Notes under the pieces: generated by a model
Database searches by the model: none
The model's input: only the letters and a program-made list of their open reading frames with translations
What the model was told of the DNA's origin: nothing
Position numbers and translations under genes: made by a program
From: Tubulanus polymorphus
Taxonomy: Eukaryota; Animalia; Nemertea
Direction of reading: 5' to 3'
DNA: 64,000 nt
Assembly (NCBI RefSeq): GCF_964204645.1
Contig: NC_134036.1
Span: forward strand, 3,534,001-3,598,000
In this document: positions 12,601-23,761 of the stretch, piece after piece
Numbering within the stretch: position 1 is the stretch's first letter
How the letters are laid out: every line of letters begins with the position of its first letter

Positions 12601-15600
12601 TTGTCCGAATTGGAAATCTATACTAGCCTAATCTGTTACGTATCTCTATTGGAAGATGGCAGCACCTGAAATTGTAGTAAGTAATGATAATGATTTAGTA
12701 GATACTGATAAGCCCGTTATTCAACACTCTGGGGTGGAATTTTTTAAACATTCAAATTATCTCCAGCACTTCAGGTTGCTAATTAGCAAGTACCGAACGG
12801 GTTAATCGATTCTAAATTGCGTTGGTTCCGTCTGTATTTCAGCGTCGTGGCGTTCTACAACTCGTTAGCTCAGCACCGCGAACAGATCGTCCGCGTTTAC
12901 GTGTCGAAACCGCATTTCATCGTACGCGACGGAAACGGCTCGGTCGTCGACAGCCAGGTCGATCCGTTCTGGGTGAACAACGAGGACATGGCCGAAAATC
13001 AATACAAAGTTCGTATACCTTCCAACCTTTAACCTCGTCTCTATCCTTCGCCGTCGTTTTAGTATCTGCACCTTAGTCCCTCGTCCTCCTGTCGGGTGAG
13101 GTTCAAACCTCATCCTTCCTTTCACAAACAAACATCAAAAAACACAACAAGAGAAATCCCACAATAAGTTCAGCCAAAACGAGAAACTTGAATAGAAGAG
13201 TTATATATATTTGCGCAACGTTTCGGCTAAAGACTATTAGCCATCATCAGTACGCCTGATGATGGCTAATAGTCTTTAGCCGAAACGTTGCGCAAATATA
13301 TATAACTCTTCTATTCAAGTTTCTCGTTTTGGCTGAACTTATTGTGGGATTTCTCTTGTTATCTTCTTACACGGATATTGTGTATCTTCTCGTCTCATCA
13401 AAAAACACGTTTATACTCCTGTTGTTTCAGGCACATTTTCTGGTGAAGGTTCCGCCACTGGGAATCGCGACGTACACCATACAGGAAGTGAGCCCCGGCG
13501 AAAACCCGAGGAACTACCATTCGGAGACAACCATGTACAACAGCGGTAGCGTTTTGACCGAGATTTATAAGTAAGTTCGCGTGCGCGTTAGCCGACGGTT
13601 TCAGATTTAGCCAACCGTATATGAAAAACAACGCGTACGCTATTTTTCCAGGGGTCCGTTCAAGATAATTAAGAAGAATCCGGTCGACTACACCTTGGAA
13701 ACGCCGTATTTAAAAGCGGTCTTCGACGGCGACAGGGGTACTCTGAAGGCGAGTACAATTTCAGAACCATTCGTACCCTAGCTAACCTACATAGTAAATA
13801 CAGCAAGATTCTATTTGCGCTTTCGCTATTTTACAGTCGACGTTGAGCAAAAGCGACAATCAGCAGACGACGACTAGAGTCGAATTCGTTACGTACGGAA
13901 CCCGATTGACCCGAGAAAAAAGCGGAGCTTACTTATTTCTACCTCAAGGAGAGGCGAAGGTCAGCAACGAGACCTAAATGGGAGGGAAATTCGGCGTAAT
14001 GCGTAAAATGTACCGACCACTGTGGTCTATGTTAGTGATTATATCGCGATGATTTTCTATTCGGCAGGCTCTACCGTACAACAATCCGTTCACGAGGATC
14101 GTACGAGGTCCTCTCATACAGGAGTCGCATATATTCATTCCTCACATCGAACATATCAATCGCGTATTCAACTCGCCGAGTAAGTTCTATCGAAGCGAGG
14201 CGTCGTATTTTTGTTACCCAATTGGGCGGTTCTCTTGCAGGGAAGGCAAATACAGATTGCAGCGACTCAGGTTTCATAGACAAAGGAACAAATTTTCTTT
14301 CCAGGATATATTACTGTCAGTTGGCATCAACAGACCTGACTACCTTGATATCTACTTTTTTTTTAGTTTTCATCACAAAAATAGAACTTTTAATTAAAAT
14401 GAACTGAATCGAAAATGAACTAAAGTCATCATGATTTAGAGCAAGTTCTGATATTTCTTCGAGTAACCAAGAATGACTGCTGTCACATAGTAGTCGCAGT
14501 CAAGTCTGCATCAATTCTTTTATCTCTGGGCACTATAGAAACCCATGCCTAGAGTTGACTTGTTCCTGTGTCTTTGAAAGCTGGGCTCGTCGCCTTAATT
14601 GACTCTCGCTCCGAATTGAGCGTTTCAATTTTTCGTTGCTTTGATTTCTCAGATGCCGATGGAAACGCCGTTCAACTTTACAACATCGTCGATATCCGGC
14701 GTACGACGAACTACGAGTTGGCGATGCGAGTTCACACGGACGTCAAAAATAACGACGGGGAATTCTACACAGATTTAAACGGATTCCAGGTCAGTTCAGC
14801 CTTAAGTCTATTTCAACTCCGCTCGAGATGGCAACGCGTCGCCTGGCTCTGTCAGTTTTGTTAGTAGACCTACATTCCTCCGTTTGTGGGATACGAACCT
14901 GATAAAATCGCCAGACCCAGCCACGTTCCTCCCTCGCAGGGATTTGGACTGATGGCATCGTGAGACTCTGCCACGTAACGTGATGGCACTGGAGACTCTG
15001 CCACGTAACCTGATGGCATTGCGACTCTGCCTTGCCATGCATGACATATAAGCTCAAAAGCTGTATTTGCAAAACAAATATGATCACCTTAACAAAACAA
15101 AGAAATAAATGTCTAACACGAAGGAATTGTTCGGTTTCAGATAATAAGGCGGAAGACATTGAAGAAGTTGCCGTTGCAAGCGAACTACTACCCGATGCCG
15201 ACGATGGCTTTCATTCAAGACGCGAAAACCAGATTCAGCGTACTTTCCGCTCAGTCGCTAGGCGTCGCTAGTCTCCAGGAAGGTTAGTAACGATCTCACC
15301 GCCGAATACCATGGTTAACATGAATCAACCTTTGAACGCACAACTCCAGTACCACGGTACACAGCGAGTACAACCATTACCCTACAGCCGCCCCTGATAA
15401 CGTGCGTGTATTATTTGTAGGAGTATTGGAGGTGATGATGGATCGTAGATTGAATCAGGACGACGGACGAGGTCTGATGCAGGCGGTCGTCGATAACAAG
15501 CGTACGCCGAATAAATTCATACTGCTGATCGAACGAAGACATAACAAACATAAAGTACGTGTCATACCCCGCCGGGAATTCTCTGTGTTCCAAATCTATC

Positions 15601-16868
15601 AACTTGCTGATATGGTACCATGGTTCAACACTGATCTCACTTTGAGCCAGCGATCCCTGTACCATGGTACCCATAGCGAGCAACATTTATTCAACCACCG
15701 AGCCCTGTACATTAGTATGTTAACAGACATACAGTGCAGTAAAACCTCTCTATGGTGAATGCCTGAGGGAGGTTAATGGAACCTTCACTACCAGGAAAAG
15801 TGTTCACTGTTCATTATGTCAGGAGGTACTGAATTGTATGTATTTCAATAGAGGTTTTACTCTACATTTATTGACTTCGTCTATTTCAGATACCGGCTAT
15901 ACAACCGGGCGGCTACGCTTCGTTACTCGCTCACCAGATGTCGCTGCAGCTCATTCACCCGTTGCACGTGATGCCGCAGCGAATCGGCGCGTCGACGGCG
16001 CAGATGGCGCCCGAGCACCGGCCGATGGCGGCGGCGTCGTCGTTGCCGTGCGACGTTCACATGTTGAATTTGCGTACGTTACGCGACGGCGATCACACGG
16101 ACGCGCCGCGTACCGACGCGGCGTTGATATTACATCGTCTGCTATACGACTGCAGTCTACCGGCAGACGGATTAAAATGTTCCACTTATTCCAGTTCCGT
16201 AAGTTTTGTTCTCTATTCACCGAGTATATCCATATTTTTTACAATTTAGGGAGTAAATCGAGCTGTAAAAAGAGAAGAAACCACTCTCAAACCGTATTCA
16301 CAGTCATGTCTGCCTTTGCCTAATATCATTTCCTAATTCATCAACTCAAACTCAATACATTCATGCCTGCAATGATGATATTTGAGCCCAAGAGGTACAG
16401 ACAACAGAAGTGCAGAAAGGATAGTCTCACTGTCTTCATACCATCCTCACTTGCCAGGGTTTGATTGCCTCACACTAACACTAACCCGGCTGCAGACCCT
16501 TCATTGGTCCATTACAATGTCCATGATTTCTTGGGTGGACAGGTTGCGGCTCAGCAACCACCAGTCTATGTCTAGCCAATCAGATGCGTTGCTTTGAAAA
16601 TGGGCCACACCGGCCCGGCCACTGCACTCGATACTGCGTCTCATTAGGACAACTAAATGTATTTAACGAAGCCGAGCAACTCATATTCACCTGTCGTGTC
16701 GTCGTTTCGTTTCAGGTCCATTTACAAAAACTATTCCAGAATAAATTCAAACATATCCAGGAATCGTCGTTGTCGCTAATGCACAACGGCACCGTCGTAG
16801 GTGGCGCCACTGGCGAGGTGAAGCTCGAGCCGATGGAACTGCACGCGTACCGGGTGAAAATGCGATGA
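6645..16868 (+). CDS. MAN2A1: Golgi alpha-mannosidase II (GH38), 5'-partial, 22 coding exons in window
   Basis: Phase-consistent exons: 6645-6861, 6983-7080, 7264-7411, 7961-8132, 9247-9374, 9476-9649, 10156-10345, 10599-10776, 11105-11307, 11860-12033, 12223-12337, 12427-12494, 12843-13008, 13431-13570, 13652-13748, 13837-13959, 14068-14179, 14653-14789, 15141-15282, 15421-15554, 15890-16198, 16716-16868 (TGA). Hallmark motifs: [24 protein letters not shown] (Zn), [18 protein letters not shown] (nucleophile Asp), [98 protein letters not shown]. The cytoplasmic tail/TM exon was not found in the window. The first acceptor is a NAGNAG (TAGCAG, 6642-6647). MAN2A1 versus MAN2A2 is not distinguishable here. 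Confidence 0.96.
7448..7869. mobile_element. GGGTGGCCAC-family MITE interrupted by a second element
   Basis: Starts CGGGGTGGCCACTTT and ends CCAGGTCAGTGGCCGCTCTG; interior matches the copy at 3725-3909. Confidence 0.75.
7626..7845. mobile_element. PIF/Harbinger-like MITE with TTA target-site duplication
   Basis: TIRs GGCCAAAAAAAATTGATACCTTGTTTCTCCGC and GCGGAGAAACGAGGTATCATTTTTGTTTAGCC, flanked by TTA at 7623-7625 and 7846-7848. A related copy lies at ~59235-59437. Confidence 0.75.
9050..9246 (+). repeat. Copy of the ~105-bp dispersed repeat abutting a mannosidase exon
   Basis: Same blocks as 625-945; ends GAAAGTGCGCTGATGAAATGTCTAATGTTTCAG immediately before exon 9247. Confidence 0.8.
13146..13360. 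mobile_element. Perfect inverted repeat (105-bp arms, 5-nt spacer TACGC), probable Penelope-like element terminal fragment
   Basis: 13146-13250 is the exact reverse complement of 13256-13360. The arms carry CTGATGA..CGAAACGTTG, characteristic of Penelope-like pseudo-LTRs. It lies in mannosidase intron 13009-13430. Confidence 0.8.
13251..13292 (+). ncRNA. Minimal type-I hammerhead ribozyme-like core
   Basis: CGC-CUGAUGA-U-GGCUAA-(UAGUCU)-UUAGCC-GAAAC-GUU-GCG: conserved core, 6-bp stem II, 3-bp stem I, and stem III reduced to the palindrome AACGUU. Confidence 0.6.
14895..15035 (+). repeat. Dispersed minisatellite-like family (AACCTGATGGCATCGYGAGACTCTGCCACG)
   Basis: 4-5 units here, about 8 units at 52255-52650, and fragments at ~9700-10000 and ~63057-63080. 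Confidence 0.8.
15738..15864. mobile_element. Tc1/pogo(Tigger)-like MITE relic
   Basis: Imperfect TIRs CAGTAAAACCTCT ... AGAGGTTTTACT. Related termini (CGAGGTTCTACTGTA type) at ~10966-10980, ~19200 and ~31010-31186. Confidence 0.55.
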
Positions 16869-18352
16869 CCCCCGGCGATATAGCGCCATTAGCTGCTAAC
16901 GTCCGATTTTAGGGGTGATACTAGAGGTACCCGCTTGCCAGGGCAATAATTCAGAAAATAACTTACTATATATATATATATATATATATTTCTAACTCCT
17001 TCCGTAGTCGAATGAGTTCTTAATCGCAACACTGTCATGATTTCATTTCACGAGATGCTACTAGAAAGTCAGAAAACGATCATTTCAGGCGGGATGCCGA
17101 AGAATTGCTGTTTCAACCCATTAGCACTCAGAAATTTCAAGGAATATTCCACATTTATCGAGATGCAGCTCATTCCCAGTTGATTTTCTTGTATTACAAG
17201 TTCGTGTTACTTTGTAGTAAATAGTCAAGGCTTTAATGTGATATAAGATTGATCGAGGTGGGCCACGCGAGTGCAAATGGGTCGAATTTGAACGCTTTCC
17301 GTCGTCCTTCTTCGCGGTTAGTGGGTCTGTTTAAATAACTGCTGTACTTATACGAGATCGGTATTATTCGCCTTCTTTATTTTCCTCTAAATATTTCATA
17401 TCGAAGGCGTGTCCTTTAAATACGACACAATGATGATGTAGATAGTCTAGACGAGAAATTCGCGGTGGAAAGAAATGTGATTTTATACTAATGCGGGTGT
17501 CGGTCTGCTAAATAGAACCACGCGCCCTTCGGACGTTATCATAGTGGGAAATCTTGATCTCCGATACGATTGTCTGCAGTTTATTCCGGATTTATCACAA
17601 ATCGGAAGCATGCTGCTGATGAAATATCTAATGTCTGAGGGCGATGATAGGTTCGTGCACTGCTGCTGATCTGTGAATGTATGTGATGCGCGTATTATAT
17701 TTTTGTTCATGTTGAGTTTATTGTTTACATAATATATCTATGTATTTATTATTATTACGATTATTATTATGTAGTAATAAGGATGTAATGTATAGATGTT
17801 TAGATATTCAAGTTATTGTAAGTAGATTCCCAGGGAAACGGAAACATGATTCCGTGTCGTATGCGTTGAGCTCATACACATTCGCAGCTGGTTTGATAAT
17901 ACAGAGTCGCCCCCTATTGCCGCTACAAATATATTCATAGGTTTGCGCTGGAGCTGTATCGTCGTCGGCCTTCGCTCGAAATTGACGAACGAGCATCGAG
18001 AATGAAACCGAGTTCGTTCACATCACCGGCCAATCATGAACTGTGTCCTTACCGCGCGGCCGAGTGCGAATATCTAACCGTAAATAGGAAGAATCAGCTA
18101 TGAATATATTCGTAGCAGCACTAGAAGTTTGTAGCCGGCAGCAAATGTGAACCAACAATTTATTTGGTGGCATTCATCATTTTCATGTTAGTCCGTTTTT
18201 AGATATTTATCAGTGTATGTAGTCCAGTTATTGACGGTACGTTTGTTTACATAAATATTTAATTTATTTTCGACGTACGTGTATCAGTATTTATGTATGT
18301 TTGTATGTATTGTATGCGAGTTAACTTGCAGCATTGATGACGATATTCGAGA

Positions 18353-18358
18353 AATAAA
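18353..18358 (+). other. Candidate poly(A) signal of the mannosidase gene
   Basis: AATAAA about 1.5 kb after the stop codon, followed by T-rich sequence. Confidence 0.45.
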
Positions 18359-18509
18359 AGTGAATTTTTTAATAATTGCGCGTTGTTTCTCGATAAAGTC
18401 GCCGTTATGTCGGAATACTCGAATCGAGCCTTTTCCGACAGGACGATGACTCGAGCGTGGAGGAGTTGGATATTTACGTGAAAACAACTAGTTGAACATA
18501 AGTGTGAAA

Positions 18510-19020
18510 GTGATATCAGAGTTGGACGATACAGAAGACTCGGATCTTTTGACTTGAGAATGATATCACAGTTAGATGATACACTGACTCTGATAGAGTC
18601 AGGTCTTTTTGACTTTAATGGATATCTGAGTTGGACGATACAGTAGACTCCGCTTAAGTCAGATCTTTTGACTTGAGAATGATATCACAGTTAGATGATA
18701 CACAACCTCTGATAGAGTCAGATCTTTTGACTTGAGAATGATATCACAGTTAGATGATGCACAGACTCTGATAGTCAGGTCTTTTGACTTTAATGGATAT
18801 CTGAGTTAGACGATACAGTTGACTCCGCCTATATCCGAGTTAGATCATACACAGAAGACACCATTCGAGTCGGGTCTTTTGGTACAGTCCTCTGCTCAAG
18901 TTGGTTCTTAATCTTTTGCCTCGAGAGTGATATCGGAGTTGTGTGGTACAATAGTCGGATCTTTTGACATGAGAGTGATATCCAAGTTGTATGGTCAGTC
19001 AACTCCACTCAAGTCAGTTA
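18510..19020. repeat. Degenerate ~50-bp tandem repeat
   Basis: Repeating GATATCWSAGTTRGAYGATACA..GACTC..GTCAGRTCTTTTGACTT, about 9 units. Confidence 0.85.
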
Positions 19021-20050
19021 GGTTTTGCCCAAATGGTGGCGCTTTATGGATATGCAGTGGGACCTCATTTTCAAGCCAAATGCAGAGGGCCAGAAAATCT
19101 GTGCAGATCTAGTCATTGTATCCGGCATCATCAACATTGTCCTATTTAGGATGAGTTTCTGGGTTTGAAATAACACAATTATAATACAAGTGTCACTATA
19201 ACGAGGTTCCACTGCGTATAGGCCGACACATATGCGAGCGGAATTGTTATCCAACTTGAGCAGAGTGTACAGTTTGGTTCCTCTTAGTGTTGAACTTTGA
19301 AAGAGACATACCAAACCTGTTGATTGACAGCGGAAGAATGCCGATATTGAAAAACAAGACAACAAAAATTGAGAATAAAAAGATGATTCTTTGTCACCCT
19401 GACTAGCGACTAGCACTTTCATATTTCAGTTCTTTTATTGTTTCTTTTCTTAAGTTTTATGTGCTTTATTTATTAGTGAATTATACAATGATTGTGTTGA
19501 ACAATGAAGGGTGCTGGAAACAGCGATGAAAGCTGTATCCCTGTCTCCTTATATCTCCATGAATTGGTCCAAGACAGAGGCATCGTCCAGACCAACAATG
19601 TCTCCAGTACTGAGTTTGTGAAATAGCATAACTTGTCAATCCTCCTAAGTCCAGAAACCACAAGTCTCCTCACATAGTCCTACGAGTCCAGAAAAGCAGC
19701 TATCTCTCTGCTAATGAGTCCACCAGGAATAGCCACAACCTCCTCTCCCAACAGGTCGACTAATCTTTTCCAAACCGTCCTCTCGGGGAACAACCTACAA
19801 TTAAGATTCGACAGACCACTTACCCATCTTTTTGCTACCGATGTTCAGCTGAACTGAAATCATCGTCGCAGCTTTGACCGCATTCAAAATCTCCTGTAAA
19901 ATACAAACGAAGAACAGAGCATTAATATTTCATTCAGAACTCTAACACTACAATACTAAACATTTATGACGAAGTCAAAACTAATTTCCATCGCATTAAA
20001 TCCTTGTAAAGTTAAATGAACGTGATAATAAGGATGTTTAGCTGCTAATC

Positions 20051-20116
20051 AAGCAGGCCGGGACGAGTGCAATTTGAATTCGAAACATGCAAATATTGCA
20101 AACATCACAACCTAGC
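20051..20116 (-). ncRNA. mir-92: miR-92 family precursor, copy 1 (mature 3p 20074-20053, AAUUGCACUCGUCCCGGCCUGC)
   Basis: Mature arm matches the miR-92 family (seed AUUGCAC). The 5' arm AGGUUGUGAUGUUUGCAAU pairs with it to form a ~60-nt hairpin. Confidence 0.93.
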
Positions 20117-20167
20117 TCATCGCAATGAATCTCTCGACATGAGACGAGCGGATGATTTGTAGGCCTA

Positions 20168-20240
20168 GATGGCAGGCCGGGACAAGTGCAATTTGATAGT
20201 CAGAGATTTACAAAATTTGCACCTGACCAGAACCGCTATC
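20168..20240 (-). ncRNA. mir-92: miR-92 family precursor, copy 2 (mature 20193-20172, AAUUGCACUUGUCCCGGCCUGC)
   Basis: miR-92a-like mature arm; 5' arm GCGGUUCUGGUCAGGUGCAAAUU; basal pairing GAUAGC/GCCAUC. Confidence 0.92.
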
Positions 20241-20557
20241 ACGAGACCCCGATATACGTAATCCAACCGTCGGATGACCGCCAATATTTCATGAGGTTGC
20301 AATTGATTCGAAATTTCCCGATTCAATATCAACCTGCAGCCTGGGACCAGCCTCGTCAGAAAACTCACTATCATAGCACGTAGTCTGAACTATCGCTTAT
20401 TAAAAGTGTGCTTCAATGTTTAACTTATACCTTGTGTTTGTAGTTAGTTCATTGAATGCTAATTAATCGAACGGTTGTCGGTCCAAGATTCAGATTGATA
20501 TCGATAGTTGCATTAACTACGCCGACAGTTTTTCGGAATTCGTAGAAATATCGACTA

Positions 20558-20633
20558 GATATCGGCAGGCCGGGACCAGTGCAATTTGATAACGGAACTG
20601 AACAAATTGCGCCAGTCGCAACCTGCTAATATC
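20558..20633 (-). ncRNA. mir-92: miR-92 family precursor, copy 3 (mature 20586-20565, AAUUGCACUGGUCCCGGCCUGC)
   Basis: 5' arm AGGUUGCGACUGGCGCAAUUUG; extended basal stem GAUAUUAGCAGG/CCUGCCGAUAUC. Confidence 0.94.
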
Positions 20634-20968
20634 GTCGCCTCGTTACAACGCTGAAATCGAAACAACAGACAACTGCTTACCCGGCACAATTGAACTCGGA
20701 AATAAACGGATACAGTCGAGTTAGGCTTACTCATGCGTTACTATGTAAGATAATTCAAAGATCGTCTAAGCCGTAACTAAGATCATAAACTAGATAAGCA
20801 ATCAACACTTAATAGTAAAGTATCTAGTCGTTCCAGCACTCGTGAGGCATTAACAACTCAACTGTATCCGTAATTTTCAAGCGAATTTTTACATTTTTAA
20901 CGATACCGCGCTCGACCATACTAGCAACGTTTTCCAGTTGCGACGACAGAACGAAGAAGCCGAGCTAA

Positions 20969-21037
20969 ACGCAGGCCGGGACGAGTGCAATTTGAGTAAA
21001 TATTCGTAACAAATATTGCAGCCGCCGCGTCCTACGT
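20969..21037 (-). ncRNA. mir-92: miR-92 family precursor, copy 4 (mature 20992-20971, AAUUGCACUCGUCCCGGCCUGC)
   Basis: Mature arm identical to copy 1; divergent 5' arm ACGUAGGACGCGGCGGCUGCAAU still pairs. Confidence 0.9.
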
Positions 21038-21094
21038 CGAACCGGCAATTCACCACGGCATCGACGACATGTTTCATCTCGTCGCGAGCGTCGT

Positions 21095-21182
21095 GAGACG
21101 GTTTTTCAGATATCAGAATATCAGCATTGATTGATGCAGTAGCAGAACTGACAAAAGTTTTTTCATCATTAAAACCGATCTC
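21095..21182 (-). ncRNA. SNORD38: Box C/D snoRNA, SNORD38 (U38)/snR61 homologue
   Basis: C box AUGAUGA (21169-21163), D box CUGA (21109-21106), terminal stem GAGA(U)CGGUUUU/AAAACCGUCUC. The guide UGUCAGUUCUGCU precedes D' (CUGC) and pairs 13 nt (2 G-U) with conserved 28S AGCAGAACUGGCG, with D'+5 on an A. The layout closely resembles human U38 as recalled (TGATGAAAACT..CAGTTCTGCTACTGA). Confidence 0.88.
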
Positions 21183-23744
21183 GACGCAACCGTAGACGAA
21201 CCGTCTGCTGGCATCCTCAGGTTGGCATGCTGTCTATCAACGCCCGCTGCCTGGCGAGCCTTTTAAGCGAAAATAACTAATGGAAAAATAAAACAGACGA
21301 AAAACAAGCGATTTAACGAATTCAAATGAAATAAAGAGTGCATTCTCTTTCGTAACGGAAGAGAAGAACGTGCAAAAATAAAACTGAAAGCGACTGAAGT
21401 CGTTGAAATCGTTCCCGACTTGAGAAAAATGAACTGCAACTCGAACGCCATCGTAATCGCCACGTGCCTGAGTAAGTCTTGTAGTCTTGTTACGTCGATG
21501 ATATTCTCGCAATGGCGAATCGGGGAAAATCTTGTCCGAAGATCTTCCATCTTTGACCTGTAAATATACAAAGAGAATAGAGGTTATTGCACGAGACGAT
21601 CACTAATATCGAACAGGTAGGAAAACATCATTTTCATGTACAGACTTTCAATCATAAATCTTGACCAACACATCATCATTCGAGAACCTAAATTCAAACA
21701 TTAACACTTTGGGCGGCCACTTGAATTTCACTTGCTTTTTACCCGACATGCACATCTGCTAAGAATCCAATCAATTAACACAGTCAAATACAGAAGTCAT
21801 AGACGGAATCTGTTTGATTCTACACGCGATCTACTAGTCTCAATAATTAAGACTTCTACTTTTTCTAAATCGAATTCCCTGATTTCCAGTTAGTGGCCAC
21901 CATGCATTCTTGAAGACATCTTACTTAAGGCTTCCAACAATTAGAGTACAATGTTAGACTGTTCAGTGCTAATTCTCTTACATCATTGACCAAAAACTTA
22001 TAAAGTCAAAAGACTTTTGCCGAATGACCCATCTTTAAGTCAACTTGGCATGAACCCTCCTTGTATACGACGAATAACTGTCACCGAAACCGTGACCTAA
22101 TATCAACAACATCGATTTGCTCCTCTTAAAAAGAAGGATGGAAAAATGCGCACGAAAAGGAGAAAAGCGTATTTCAACATATCATTCTTTTCATCGACGA
22201 GATCATTCATCATCGTCGTCGCAAGGCTGATCTTAAACTCTGTCAAAAAAAGGTCACGGAAAAAAAAAAAAAAAAACGCGTTAATGCGCGCACGATAACA
22301 ACAACGAGCGAGCGAGCGTCTCCGTCGCGCTCGAGGCATTGTCCGCGTATGTAAAAACATTCATTATCAGTCGAATCGTATTAAAAGTCAATATTGCCAA
22401 AAACGTCTTCGCGTAATAGCTTCTATATACACACACACATACGCAGTCTTATAAAACGATTGTTCAGACTATTGAAACGTGTTCCGTTTAAAAGCCATTT
22501 TTTCTATAGAATAGCTCGATTTTTTTCGCCGCTATTCGCTCTTTTGAAAAGGCTCCGCTACCGAAGGTCGACGTCGACAATAAAGGGCAACGACTGTAAG
22601 GACTAATAACGATATCGCGCGAGGCGCGGGTCGATTAATTCCTAGTTTCGTTATCGAGATCGATAATGAAGGCATCGCCCGAGAAAAAAAAAACGAAATT
22701 AAGTTTTCAGACCGACTGTAGATTAGGTGTCGCTATTGGTTAGGTACCGAAATCGCCAACCTAGAGTAACGGGAATGTAGGACCATTCAAAGTAAATAAA
22801 GGTGCCTATTATCGTTACCGATGACGAAGCCTTTTCATCAACTTTTGATCAAATGTGTAATAAGAAATCAGGAATAAAGCATAGAATTAACGATAAAAAG
22901 AAGATAACATTTCGAGACCATTTTTTGATTTTCCAAAGCCATAGAGAAAAAAAAACAACAAAATATCCATAGCTTCTTCTAGGGCCTGGAGAAAAAATAT
23001 TTTTCGAGCCCGGAAAGAACCCCGCGTACCTAAGCAGACTATAGGCCTAACCTCGATCCTCAGTCACACTAGCAACGCATAGGAATAATGTGTAAACCTA
23101 AACTGCGGTTAGGCCTGAGCTAAAACCTATCAGAAAGACAACTAACCCATTGATTTCGATTCATAAATTCGCAATCCGTATTCAAACAATTACGTGACTC
23201 ATAAAATCTACAATTTACGCCTTTTACGTATCTCACTACATCTAATACATCTAACATACGATTGCCGCGTTTAGGTCACGTATAATAACATTTCTACACC
23301 GAGCAACCCACGAACCATGTCCCGATCATAATAGACACCTGGTGTCCGCGTTACGAGACGGAAACAATTAGCTCATATATACTTTATAGGAGTTTAATAC
23401 GCCGATATTGTAAATCACTAATCTAACCTTAAATACCGATACTCGGAAATGAACTTCTTCTAAACCATTTTATTAATATAAGACGAAACTTAGAACCCAC
23501 ATGATATCCTTAGACGGGACCAAATTATTACTTACACCATCTAATACAAACATAATTGGAGCCTAGTTATGCAATGCCGTCACAACTTTAGTTAACTCGC
23601 GTCAAGCCTTACCATTAATGCTACAATTCTGATTTACAAAGCTGTTAATCGAAAAATGTAAAATTCCAATTCTACCTACTTCGTACTTCGTATCGATAAT
23701 TCCTATCCTAAACCGCGTAGACCTCGGCGTCAACCCGCGCCGCT

Positions 23745-23761
23745 GAAGAGAGGACCATGTG
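23745..23761 (-). promoter_or_regulatory. Candidate TCT/5'TOP-like start (CCTCTCTTC) preceded by a CACATG E-box
   Basis: Minus strand reads GCACATGGTCCTCTCTTCAGCGGCGCGGG in a CpG-rich patch, with splice donors downstream. Confidence 0.3.

Noticed and set aside
18094-18180. C/D-like motif pair (-) opposite the mannosidase 3'UTR
   Set aside because: Weak stem, no guide, and outside the inferred host transcript.
20290-20345. Hairpin AGGTTG..CAACCT between miR-92 copies 2 and 3
   Set aside because: The stem is too short for a pre-miRNA and the seed would be AUUGCAA; possibly a decayed paralogue.
21595-21685. C/D snoRNA candidate (AUGAUGA..AUGA..AUGAUGU..GUGA, -)
   Set aside because: Non-canonical D box, only a 3-bp stem, and no recognisable target.
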